This document shows positions 1 to 11,939 of a stretch of DNA of 64,000 nt, piece by piece. Source of the stretch: Lama glama (Eukaryota). Where the stretch lies: positions 87,236,001-87,300,000 of the forward strand of contig CM052816.1 in assembly GCA_028534125.1 (NCBI GenBank), in the 5' to 3' direction. Below the pieces are notes generated by a model. It had not been told where the DNA came from, ran no database searches, and saw only the letters and a program-made list of their open reading frames with translations. Made by a program: the position numbers and the translations under genes. The stretch's first letter is position 1; every line of letters starts with the position of its first letter.

Positions 1-1
1 A

Positions 2-586
2 CTGATGTCACACCTTCAGAGAGGTGCCTGGATTGAGGGGGACCAGGACATATGAGAATTTTTGCATGAGAAATTGGGTTAGGGGGTTCTCAATGATCAA
101 GTATGGACCATAATCAGGAGAGCAAACTGGTTTTGGGTTGTTCCAGCTTCTGTTCAAGAAACCCACCTGCATGGGCAAAATGATGCCAATAGAAAGAACC
201 CGGAAGTACATCAGATGGCTAAGGGTGGAAAAAGAAGATGTGTGTTGTACATTTAAGAAGATATCACCCCCCTCAAAAAGTTCACTGAGAGGTTGCCAAC
301 AATGGGGACAGATTCCAAAAGAAAAAACAAAACAAATAAGACAGTGAAAAAGCTTCACAAGTATGCCAGCCTTCTCCCTTCCAATAGTGCCCCAAAACTG
401 CGGGCACATGTTGGGTGTGCAATCCCATTAGTTCTCAGAAGTCCTTCCTTCTTTGGCTTGTCTTGAAATAGAGGTTATACATCTTCCTCTAAGGAGGAGA
501 GGGCAGTGCCCTGTAATCCTTACTGCACTTATAACCTTATGTAAGCAGAGCTTTAGTACTTGTGTTTTTTTTTTTTGATCAATAAA
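2..586 (+). pseudogene. Possible 3' end of a decayed coding sequence or retrocopy, parent unidentified, followed by a short 3'UTR-like stretch and AATAAA
   Basis: The frame starting at 2 runs about 155 codons to TGA at 464-466 with only 3 internal stops (53, 80, 254). The antisense frame in the same codon register is open for 133 aa (8-409). A T-run then AATAAA at 581-586 follows. No homolog recognised. Confidence 0.3.
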
Positions 587-759
587 ATGCTCATTTTCCT
601 TTATATAATCCTTAGGACAAATAGTGACCTAGGCTTTAAAGAATTATTATCTCTTAGCTTTCTTGTTAGATACTTAGCAATTACTATTCTCAGCTAATTA
701 AGCTTATGTTAAAAATTTTAAATAGGAAAACTGATTATATGTGTATACACACACACTTA

Positions 760-858
760 CTAAATTGTAAGTCTCAAGAGACATGGAATTTTGGTTTCTT
801 TTCCTGTATCATTGGTTGCCAGCTAATGGCATACTCAATAAATGTTTGTTGAATGAAA
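760..858 (+). mobile_element. L2 LINE 3' end fragment
   Basis: Ends in ...actcaataaatgtttgttgaatgaa, the typical L2 terminus. Confidence 0.6.
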
Positions 859-1034
859 TTAATCAAGGTTTGCCCTGAAAACATCCTCAATTAAATTAAG
901 GATAATACATGAATACTTACAGCTTTGTTCAGCATTATTACTAATATTATTTTGAAATTACCACAAATGTAATCAAAGAAGAGAAAGGCAGAACACATCC
1001 CTACTTCTAGCTTTCTTTTCTCCTTTTTTAAGAT

Positions 1035-1270
1035 GAAGAGGCACAAATATTAAATTTTGCCCACTGTATGCTAATATACTTAGAAAATTCAAGAGACTCA
1101 ACTAAAAGGTAAAAGAACCGATAAGAAAATTTATCAAGGCAATAGATAAAAAAATCATAGATAATTTATCTAAAAAAACTATGTTAGACACTGTATTGAC
1201 AGGATAAAATAAACAGTCCACTTAATAATAAACAGTGCAAAAAACATGTATAAAGCAACTATAGAAATAG
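1035..1270 (+). mobile_element. Old L1 ORF2 fragment (RT region), heavily decayed
   Basis: tatgctaatatacttagaaaattcaagagactcaactaaaag resembles the L1 ORF2 segment MIVYLENPKDSTKKL; A-rich sense strand. Confidence 0.45.
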
Positions 1271-1289
1271 CATTTGAAATGCCTAAGAT

Positions 1290-1782
1290 CCTGTTCTTTT
1301 CCACTTCACCTCACACCAATTTCTTAATTTTCCTCCAGCTTCTAAAATTAGTGAATTAATCCCCAGGATCTTTGCAGATGCATTTCCTCCTGCTGTAAAT
1401 GTCTTATTTTGCCTTCGCCCATTCTCCCACATTTCATCTAGTTAGTGTGTGCTTAACCATCACAATTCAAGGAGCAGGTTTTTCCAGATTTTCTTAGATA
1501 AATAAGATGAAACTGTACAATGGTTTCTTCTCAACATAGGGATTCCTTTCATAGTAGATGGGTCTTTATATTCACTATAAATTTGCATTTGCATGATTAT
1601 TTGAAACATGTTTATCTCCACAGCTGGAGGTAAACCACAGGACAGGGACAACCTATAAGTAAACAAATGAGACTCCAGGGCTGAGCAGTGTACCGGCTGC
1701 ACAGTGCAGATTTAATAAATATTTACGCAATAGAAATGGAGCAATAGAAATAAGTAAGTGGAGCGAATGAATGAATGAATGG
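1290..1782 (+). mobile_element. L2 LINE 3' region
   Basis: L2-like caggatctttgcagatgcatttcctcctgc, ending in a (TGAA)n tail at about 1765-1782. Confidence 0.6.
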
Positions 1783-3634
1783 CAAACTGTAGTAGATAGA
1801 AGACCAGGACCACAAGTCCATGGAGACCATCAGGAACATTGACTGATGCAGACATGGGACATTAATGTTCACATCGTAAGATCATAAATTCTGAACGTGA
1901 CAGTCTGAATGCTCTTCAAGGGTCAGTGACCTTTAAAATGTTAAAAATTTAAGTCATTTTTCATGTGAAATATTTGCACTGATACGAAACGAAAATTATA
2001 CAAATGGTTTACAGTGAAAAGCAAAACAAAAGGAAAACAAATATAATACTTGGGTATTTGGATATCTGCACTGCAAAAGAACTGAGTATTTTTGGCTTTC
2101 CTGATAAGTTTATCATTCAGGTATTCCATTGCATACTATTTTGAGGTTGGATTATTTGGAATCAAATTAAAAGGCTCATGCTGTATGTCCAAATTACATA
2201 TAATTTGGATGGTACAAAATATGTCATTTAATGATGACATTAAATGCAACTTTCATGAGATTTATAAGAATGATATAATTCAGAAATTGCTAAAAGAAAT
2301 AAGATTTCTTCAACTGCTTTTTTATAAGATCTTCTTTTTTTTAACTTTCACAATCTTTTTCTAAGCAATTTTGAAGTTGTTTTATTTACTCCACAGGAAG
2401 CCTGAACATTTGTCAGAATGAGAGTTGACCAGTATTAATCATTAGGGATCATTCAATCACTTTAATAATTCGCATTGTGCTTTACTAGAAATTTCTCAAC
2501 TTAAATAATTTATTATTCAGAGTTCCTGGGGAGCTGACATTTTCTTCATTTTAATTTATTATGGCACATCGCTTGTACTGATTGTCTTTTTATTCAGATT
2601 ACAGGTGAAACATAAAATAGAATTATATTTTACTTAATTTTGAATGAAGAAAAAGCATGGTTTTGTAATTAGAAAATCACTATTTTGTTAAAATTAACAG
2701 GAAAAATATCAGTCTGTCCTTTTTCATCTTCCTACAGCAAGCAGACTCAGATAAATTGGCTAAAAGTACAAAAGAATGAATAATGTGCAGCTGGAATATG
2801 CCTATATAAGATGAATGAAAGCTGACAACTTCAATTACAATTTGAACTGTCTCTTTGTGTATGAATGTGATTTAATGGAAATCTGATATTCAATAAACCT
2901 GACTTTCTTTATGATTTATAATATTAGCCTTAGGTTACCCAGATGTATTTTATAGTGTAAAATGGCACAAGGCCCTCTTCCAGTGATATGCAAAATCTTC
3001 CATCAACCAAGAATCAAAGGATACTTTTTCTGATCAAAAAGAAGCACATGTGTGACCCTACTGAATAGGAATTTTACCTCATACTCTGACCCCCACTCCA
3101 AAACCCTCTTTTATTTCTTGAGGCAAGCAACACAAATATTCTGCTGACATTACATCTAATTAGTATTCCACATTCCATTTAATTTCTTCCACCTCAATTG
3201 TGTAGAAGGCAGAGTGAAGAGAAAGTTATCCCCAGAGACATTTTCCTGAGGCCTGATATCTGTGTGTATGACCCGACTTGAAGTCGTAAGTATTTTTTTT
3301 TAATCTTATTTTAGGAAGCTTATTACAGATCAAGTCTTCTTCAAGCACATAATTGGAATGTAATCCAGGTTAATGATTTATTTGAAGTATAGCTCTAAAT
3401 GTATTCATATGCGTATTTTTCTCTGGGGAAAAAAAAAAGCCTGTTAGAAAAGATCACTGCATGTAATGACTTTATCGAGCTCCACGATTACTACCATATT
3501 CTGATCCTATATCCAAAATGCATCCTCAGATGATTTTAGAAAATAAAATAGCAGATAAATGATGAGTGTTCCAGGAGTAATATTTAGTAGTTATCATGAC
3601 TTGTCTCATTGACTTTTAACAGCAACAATATTAG

Positions 3635-3740
3635 GATTTATTATTACCATTTTAGAAATAAGAATTTTGAAATTTACAGAGGGCAAGTGGCTCCCCAGTT
3701 CACACATTTGGTGAGTGGTAGAACCAGGAGGCAAACTAAC
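3635..3740 (-). mobile_element. MIR SINE fragment
   Basis: Antisense MIR core: ttattaccattttagaaataag...agagggcaagtggctccccagttcacaca...gtggtagaaccagg. Confidence 0.55.
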
Positions 3741-3887
3741 ATTGCCATATTATAAGATGGTTATATACACATAAGAATTTGTGAAGATCTATATGTTTGT
3801 ATAAGACCCTGATTAATTGAACCTGATTACTGTGTATTTGCTACTTGAATATCCAGATGTCTATTTTTATATCTGTCTATCTATGAT

Positions 3888-4300
3888 TATTGGAGGTTAG
3901 GGTCCCTGGAAGCTGACTCTGACGCTTAGATTGGCATGCAAAATGATAATTAGGGTGGGCTATTAGGACCAAAACACATGAAAGAAAAGGAAGGAAGGAG
4001 GACTGGTCAGAGGGACAAGTTTAGAGAGGATTCAATCCCAGTAGAGGTCTAGCTAGCCCTACAGGGCTTCAGTGGTCTTCCTTATGTGCCCCAAGTTGGG
4101 CCAGGAGAAGCAGACCTTTACTGTCCTTCATCATCAGTCACTGGATGCAGGCTTCCCAGAGGGGATGTGACCTTTCTTTAACCAACATAACACAGGACAA
4201 TGTGACAGCTGAGGGCTCTCTGTCAGCAATATTCCCATAAGTCACTGAAATACACCTTCAGAAGAAGGATCTGAGTTGTGCATCATTTAACATCCATACT
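3888..4300 (-). mobile_element. ERV-L solo LTR (LTR16-like)
   Basis: Begins ggttagggtccctggaagctgactctga and ends ...tgtgcatcatttaacatccatac, matching the reverse complement of the LTR16A/C pattern as recalled. Confidence 0.6.
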
Positions 4301-6645
4301 CATGTGCACAGAGATAACTCTATACATGTAGGCATATATAGAGCTATACATACATAACAAAATTTATATTTTAGATGTAGATACATTAGCGACTAGCTTG
4401 GACCGCATGTTATTATTAAACAAATAAGCCCGAAGCTTTACATTTTACTTAGGTCTTCCAATATAGACGATGCATTTTGTTAAGAAAATAATAGCACAGG
4501 AAAATGAAACACAAATGCATCTCATATCTTAAAATGCAATGAAATATGGCTTCATTAATATCTTTAAAGCAGTGGTGAGGAATTTAGACTTGTCCCTAAG
4601 TCTATCCACTAAGACCTAACAATTTCTGTGGAGCAGATAGAAACAGTTCGGTTGAAGTTCTCCACTTAGCTTATAAAATGACACATTCAACCTGCACAAA
4701 ACACCTGTAGATGTAACTTCCCTTGTATGTTTTTCTCAAATGAGGGAGGCTCAGGAATAGGAGATATAAGGAGGTCACTCTCAAATTCCCAGAAAGAGGT
4801 AGTTAAAATGTAAGAGTTCATTTCAAAGATTAGAAAACTGATCATGGCAAGAAAACCTAAAGAGTTGGACTGAGACGTGTGAGACAGTATCCTGATGCAT
4901 AGGAGCTGGAGTGCTATATCCTGGGTGTGAATGAGGAGAAAAGAACTCGACAGTGGTGACCAGGGCAGAGAAATTAGCGCTGCTTTGGCACTGCCTGTCT
5001 CTAGTCACCATTAGTTTGAACCTTGCGGCAATGACAGGCCCACTCTCATATCACTGGTCATGACTGTGCACACCTTATGGAAGGGTTAAAAGTCAGAAAT
5101 AGCAGAGAAGTGGCTCGGATTCTATATAAGGAAGAAAAAACATACACAACAATTTACACAGTAACTGTACTGAATAGGCAAGAACACCAAGAAAGTAAAA
5201 AAGTCCTATAAACACACACAGGCGGTCTAAAATGCACTTCTAGGTAGATAACGGTGCCTCCATGCCTCCTCTCCCCCAGCCCTCCCCACCCCCCCAAAAA
5301 AAAAGCCATAGAGAAAGAAATCCTGGGTGAGTCTAACCTTTCTTGCCCGTTATCCCCATTTGCCTCTATTTGAGTCATCACCATCGCTTCTAGTTCAGTG
5401 GCATAATTTTTTCTTCCATTAACTTTAATAGGCTTTATACCAATGTTAAGCAATGGGATCATTTTACAGTGACTGCGTTGATGAGAAATACCTCCACTCA
5501 ATTAGTTTCTCAATACTGGAATATTTTGAAATGAAGAAAAAAGAGGCAATCTGAAAACTTTAAGCTAAAATGAGGTGAAAGTTTCTTTTTTCTTATACTC
5601 CATGCCATTTGAAAAACCTGACAATATCTCTATGGTAACAGTGGGAAACACGTATTCAGCAAAGCCGTGGAGTACCGGAGACCATGTATGATCCTTCACG
5701 AATGGAATATTTGTTAACATATATAAGTAGTTTTTAAAATGTCTCACTTTGCCTGGGGTAAAGTTTCATATATAGGGGATGGTGGTAACTCCTCATAATA
5801 ATTTCGCTTATAATTTCAGGGAAAATATTTTATCCAATATAAGATTACGATCAGAATATTATTAGATATATTGGTTTATAGGAAACGTGCTCATTCTCAA
5901 CAAAATGTATCTGAACCTCAAGTATTTCTCATCTGTAATAAATTAAAATATTGTTTGTTTGAACATCAGATTGCATTTTAATGTTTCTGAGGATTTGACT
6001 ACACTAAAAAGAGGTGAATGGAAAAAAAACCCTATTTTCTAGCCATATTAGTTCAAAGCTATATATTAACACAGCTTCTTGAGGAGGTAGAAGATTGTAA
6101 ATTTGCAAGAAATAAGAATACACAATAAACTTTACTGAAGAGACAAAACTACCTATTTCATATAAAGCATATTAATTTTCATCTCATTGATCAAAAACAC
6201 AAATCTGACTATTTATGTACACTGCAAATGAATATGCATCATGTTCACAAACACACATATACTCACAATTGCAATTACAATTGTGGATGTATTCAGTAAA
6301 TTTGCCCAAGTTTGAGTGAATAACTCTGACCGAATATCTGTATGCTCCCCTGATAGAGCATTAAGCTACTTATTCAAGAAAATCAAAATGCCAAAGAATT
6401 CTTCTTGATTTCCAGGGAAAATGAAAGATCATTCCCTTTTACTTTCACTCCCCTGTAAAGAGGGTTAGAGTGTAATCACCTACATAGATCTTCTATAGGT
6501 TATAAAAGTGGCTTTTTAAAAAAATTTCTGTGTTCCATCCTTCTGTGTATAATAAACAAATGGTGGGAAAACAGGGTAGAAAATATTAATCTTTTATCTT
6601 GGTTGTTCAAAAATGATGCAGTATATTTTTATTCTTGTACCTTAC

Positions 6646-6745
6646 CTCATACAGGTTAAGAGAAACGATACCAAATTCACAGGGTAATGGGTATAACAGC
6701 TGGAGGGAGACTTCATATTAACTAATTAAAAAAGAAGAAGGAACC
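6646..6745 (-). ncRNA. Candidate internal exon C (100 nt) of an unannotated spliced minus-strand transcript
   Basis: Minus-strand acceptor ttgtttttctttactttcag| and donor tatgag|gtaagg. Confidence 0.35.
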
Positions 6746-7017
6746 CTGAAAGTAAAGAAAAACAACAACAAAAGTTTAGGAAAAGCAATTTCAAAAGGGA
6801 ATGGCGAATTTCCAAACAAGGGAACAGTTAGATGCTGTTGTCTTGAACGATAGACAGACCACATAACCTCACAGTCCCTCACTCTCTCATTTACCACAAA
6901 AAATTCTCCGTAGTCATTTTCAGTATCTGGTACCCTTAATCTGTCACAGCATTTGAATTGTTCCTAAAACTGTATTTTTCTGCATGTGGTAAAAGGTACT
7001 GGTTGAATAAAACTTAC

Positions 7018-7208
7018 CACTCTTCTTTGTCAAATGGTTCAGGGTAAAGTCAGAGGAGCCCTGACATATTGAATTTCCTGTAGACGTCCAGCCCTTCTCT
7101 GCTGTGCCGCAGAGAGCCGGGGAGAGGCCAGTCCATGATGATCGTTTGTGATCACAAGACAACACCCACTGGAGGCACTGATCCGTAACTCCACCACGTC
7201 AGCCAGTG
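7018..7208 (-). ncRNA. Candidate exon B (191 nt) of the same putative transcript
   Basis: Minus-strand acceptor cttttaatttttcaag| (weaker AAG) and donor gagtg|gtaagt. GC and CpG content are higher than in the flanks. Confidence 0.35.
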
Positions 7209-7699
7209 CTTGAAAAATTAAAAGATCACAGTTTAATTCTGAAGACACCTCCCCAGGTCTGTAACACATATACGTCTTTTTTCAAATAGTAGCTTCATGC
7301 ACAATGAGAGGGAATAAAGCAAGAAGCAGTAATAGAGCAAAGGCAGTCCAGGACACTGTATCTGCTGTCTCTGTCTTGTGCACCATGGTAGCAGCTTCTC
7401 CCCAAACATGCGGATGTCTCTTATTCTAGAAGAATTTTAAATGGAACTAGAAATTTCTCTGAAATAAAGGAATCTCTTTACTAGTAAATCCATACTATGA
7501 AAAAGGAAACTTTTGGTAGGGAGACCTGATTTTTCACTCCGCAGCAAAGCGATGGTCAAAGCACAGATCCTTCACAGTGGATCAGCTCTCAGAGTCAAAA
7601 TTTTCTAGATTTGGACAGCAATTGTTACTCAAAAGCTAAACTGAATAAATATTTTTATGTATGCTATGATTATCAAATTTATGGCTCACATTGTACATA

Positions 7700-8520
7700 G
7701 CCTGTTAGGAGTGAAATCTAGTTGTTAGAAATAGGTATGCTATTAAAAATAATGAAACAGAAGAGGGAAAAACTAGAGGAGGCATTGTTTAAATAGTGCA
7801 AGTATAATAGCAATAAGAAAAATTGCAGCAAAAAAAATTTCTAAAATTAAATATATCCCAACGGATACAAAAATATACTATGTTCAGTTTTTCAAAAATA
7901 TATTTAATAACATCAAATGCTTTTTAATTATCCCTAAATCCCAAACCTAATTAAAATATAAAACTTCAAGATTATGTGTATTCACCTTTTCCTGGTGGGG
8001 AGGAATGCAGTTCCAGATTAAATTATGTAGGAAGTGTGTTTTATTGAACAAGCTGCAGAGAAATGAGGCTCTAATTCACTGCTAAGGTGAATGTAATTTA
8101 ATATAAACTTTCTGCAAAGTGATTTGGAAAATATATTGCAAAAGTTAGAAAAAAGTCTAAATCTAATGATTCTAATTTTAAGATTTACTCTAAGGATAAG
8201 AAGCAATTTAATTTACTATTTTTAGTGAAGTTTTATTCATAAGGGCTAAAACTGAAAAACTTATAATAGCTAAAACTGCAAAAGCCTTAAATATCTTGCC
8301 AGATATAACCAAATCATTGCATCCACTAAAACCCAAGTATTTGAATAATATTTAACATTATGGAAGAGTATTCACAAAATATTAAGCTAAATGAAAATCA
8401 ATGGAAATGATATGCAAAGCACATAAACACATATGTATACAGTTAAATGTTTATCCTGTTTACATTTGTGTACACTTGCATGTCTGTAAGTTTATTCATA
8501 ACATAAATATAATTGAAAGA
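7700..8520 (+). mobile_element. Very old L1 (L1ME-like) 3' region, heavily decayed
   Basis: A-rich tract with L1 3' motifs (ctggtggggaggaatgcagtt; ...ttattcataagggctaaaactgaaaa). Boundaries are approximate. Confidence 0.4.
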
Positions 8521-8590
8521 GAATTTATATTAAACATACAAATTAAAATTAAGCTGCATGTCACATGATCTCTAGCTTCTTTTCACTTAC

Positions 8591-8776
8591 CCAGCTGCAA
8601 CAAGAATCCTTTGGTTCTTTTAACTGCATCCTTGTGACTATCCTGCAGATAAAGCTTTTGTGTCAAATGGCAGTGGGTCTGGATGGATTTCACAATGGCT
8701 TCTTCTCCACCCAGCATTGCCGAGGGAAGTCTCTCTGGATCTCCCTGCTCCTTCCTGTGAAACCCTGCTGGTGTTT
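8591..8776 (-). ncRNA. Candidate exon A (186 nt, open phase 1-1 frame) of the same putative transcript
   Basis: Minus-strand acceptor atattctttcccctag| and donor cagctgg|gtaagtg. One frame is open throughout (TPAGFHRKEQ...TKGFLLQL). Confidence 0.4.
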
Positions 8777-9067
8777 CTAGGGGAAAGAATATGCAAATAC
8801 CCCATTACTGCAGCCCCCAGGAGCTACATACCTTCAGACAAACTCACGTTCAGCCTCCAACAGTTCATCCCATTTTCTAGTTTAATGTTCCCACCGACTT
8901 TTGTGGTATCTGGCAGCTTCTGCCCAAGATAAGCAAATGTTCATTTGTCCTTTGACCTTTGTCCTTTTATGGGTTCTTGAAAAGTCAGTAATTTTCTGCC
9001 TGAACAATATTTCTCTCATTAGGATTGTAGCTTTCTCTTTTCAGTACTTTAGATGTCCAAGATGAAA

Positions 9068-9076
9068 CCGGAAGTG
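9068..9076 (+). promoter_or_regulatory. ETS/GABPA-type motif CCGGAAGTG with its CpG retained
   Basis: Exact match to the consensus, about 290 bp upstream of exon candidate A. A single motif only. Confidence 0.25.
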
Positions 9077-9924
9077 GCTAATATGCTATGGCATAAGCAA
9101 AGCATGCAGCGGTAAGTGGCTTGATCTTATTCTAGAGAAAGTCGTCTTTCGTGTAATCAAATTAATCTGAGAAAATTGAAAGTACTAATTTCCAACGCTA
9201 AAAATGATAATGAAACTATTCTGAACTAATAATTACTTACATCATTTAAATACATGTGTGCACAGCTTCTAGTTAATTGACTTGATTTTATCTCTCTTAT
9301 CCATTTGACCCCATGGAATAATTAAACTAAGAGAATTAAGCACATGCAAAGGAAAAATGTAATCTAAAGCTGGAATATATTGTTCCAAATATGAGTGCTC
9401 TTTTTGAAACAAAAACTAGTAACAAGATCAACTGGAAATGGAGGTGTTTTTTTTTCCTCAGAAAAAGTGACTGATTTGCCTGTTGTAGAAAATTCCTTGC
9501 ATAAGTTTATTGATTAAATCTAGCTAAAGTATAAAGTTGGAAATGAAGATAACAATGTGGAAAATGTTGAAGATGGTGATTGTGATGATAATAATAATAG
9601 TAGCAATGATGATGACTTAGGCTTCAGATCTCTGAGAAGAAAAAATTCCATAAAGTTTACTTACTATAATATTTATTTCTCTTCACAATTTCTCAAATAA
9701 AAATCATTATCATCATTATAGAGGTTTACTGTACCATTTTACTAGGAAACTTACATGCATTCACTTATACAACATTCTCCAAATGCTGCCAGAACTCCAT
9801 AATTATTCCCGATTTGGAGATAGTGAACAAGGATTTCTAAGGAGCAGGTCAAATTTTGGCCTGAAAACTATAAAATGTTGTTATTTCATCCAGTCTCCTC
9901 CAGAAAGAGTTACCACAATGGAAA

Positions 9925-10135
9925 TAATATTTTATACTTAATATGTGCCAGACACTATTTGAAGCCTTGAAAATATTTAGTCCACATCAAATAAATTTGA
10001 ATTGGGTATTCCTATTATCATCTTCACTATATAAATGAGAAGACAGAACAAAGTAGTCAGATAACTCATGAAAGATGGTACAGCTGATATGGGAGACTTT
10101 GAACATAGGGTGTCTGGCTTCAGAGGATACAGCAC
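9925..10135 (-). mobile_element. MIR SINE
   Basis: tatgtgccagacact...attatcatcttcactatataaatgagaagacag...tttgaacatagggtgtctggcttcagag: antisense MIR. Confidence 0.7.
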
Positions 10136-10639
10136 CTTAGAAGCGAACATCTGGCTGAGGGCTACATCTAGACTTAGATCTAGGTCTGTACCTAGATATC
10201 TATCATCTATGAGTCTGTCTATCTGTCTATCTATCTATGTGTCTGTCGTCTATACAGAAGATATTTAGGTATTTGCAAAATCATAAATTTTCATGAAGGA
10301 TGAGATAAAACACATTTCAATATTCCCAAATCTCATGTTTTACCATTTAAAAGCAAACATAGTTAACATTTTATGATATTTTCTCCTTAGCATATATCAT
10401 ATGTTTTATATTACTAGCATTATACTCCAAGAGTTGTCTTATATTATCTTTTATGTTTATTATTTTTTTATCATTTAATATTTTTAAATTTTTGTTTATT
10501 ATTTTCTAACTCATAAATGGTATAGAGCATGCTCTTCAATTTTATTGCTTACTATTGTTTTTTTCCCTAAAAAAAGAAATCACAAGAACAACTAAAAGTA
10601 TATTCTTTACAAAGTTTGGTGTAAATCCACCGCAGTCTA

Positions 10640-11439
10640 TGTGGTGTGGCCGAAACGAAGTGGACATGCAGTTGCATGATCCAGATACCCCTTCAGGAAA
10701 GGCCTTGGAAAAACGGGATTAGCTGGAAATTTCAAGCAGTTAACTCCTTCAGGTCTGCCTCATCTTTTAGCCAGGATCATGCTCTTTGTGTCATGGTCCC
10801 ACACAATGGCCAGGAGGAGTTCAAGGGCCAAGCCATTTTTCCCCATATAGGACATTTGCTCCATAACTCCCTATTGACTGATAGAATCTTTGCCATTCCT
10901 TCCTCAGGTATTGGCTGCTTCCATGCTTAATCCAGATTTCTCCATTTTCATTTTCCAGGTTTTAATCCACACAATAGTTTTTACTTCTGACTTCATCTCA
11001 GAGACTGTTTCACAGAGGAGCAGACTGACATAATGGTAACAGAGTGATGTCTGAATGAGCAGGTGGTAAGAAGAGGTTTTGGAATTGCTTCACTCACTGG
11101 CCAGCAGACACTGGAAACCCCATCCCAGGGCACAGATACTTCCCTGACACAAGACGGGTGCTCCACTGCCAATGTCTTCACTAGTGCTGACTCGGGAAAA
11201 CATTCTGGTAGGGGGAGCACTGTAACCAGTGTGATAACTCAGACATCTGAAAAGTGCAGGAAACAAAAATGCAGGGAAATGGTCTTGGCAGGTTTTCATC
11301 AAGTTGCATTGCTGCCATTTTCAGGGATAATGAGCATCTATGGGCCTAGAAGACTAAGTGAGGAAGTCAGATGGGCTCTTTGTTAGCCCATCTCCTATAC
11401 AAGGTGTTCTATGGCTCCATGGCAATTCTTGCCAGGCTA
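10640..11439 (+). mobile_element. ERV-L relic: LTR16-like LTR (about 10640-11030) and start of an ERV3-16A3-like internal region, cut by the gap
   Basis: The LTR ends ...agcagactgaca. It is followed by an internal leader (ggtaacagagtgatgtctga...gcaggtggtaagaagaggttttggaa) similar to the one after 51218. Confidence 0.55.
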
Positions 11440-11939
11440 NNNNNNNNNNNNNNNNNNNNNNNNNNNNNNNNNNNNNNNNNNNNNNNNNNNNNNNNNNNNN
11501 NNNNNNNNNNNNNNNNNNNNNNNNNNNNNNNNNNNNNNNNNNNNNNNNNNNNNNNNNNNNNNNNNNNNNNNNNNNNNNNNNNNNNNNNNNNNNNNNNNNN
11601 NNNNNNNNNNNNNNNNNNNNNNNNNNNNNNNNNNNNNNNNNNNNNNNNNNNNNNNNNNNNNNNNNNNNNNNNNNNNNNNNNNNNNNNNNNNNNNNNNNNN
11701 NNNNNNNNNNNNNNNNNNNNNNNNNNNNNNNNNNNNNNNNNNNNNNNNNNNNNNNNNNNNNNNNNNNNNNNNNNNNNNNNNNNNNNNNNNNNNNNNNNNN
11801 NNNNNNNNNNNNNNNNNNNNNNNNNNNNNNNNNNNNNNNNNNNNNNNNNNNNNNNNNNNNNNNNNNNNNNNNNNNNNNNNNNNNNNNNNNNNNNNNNNNN
11901 NNNNNNNNNNNNNNNNNNNNNNNNNNNNNNNNNNNNNNN
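11440..11939. other. Assembly gap, exactly 500 N
   Basis: N run counted from line coordinates; a fixed-size scaffold spacer. Confidence 0.99.

Noticed and set aside
5565..5747. CpG-containing 60-aa minus-strand ORF as a coding exon
   Set aside because: No convincing splice-site pair and no recognised protein.
8777..8832. Minus-strand donor gaag|gtatgt as the exon upstream of candidate A
   Set aside because: The implied intron is only 55 nt, too short for a typical mammalian intron.
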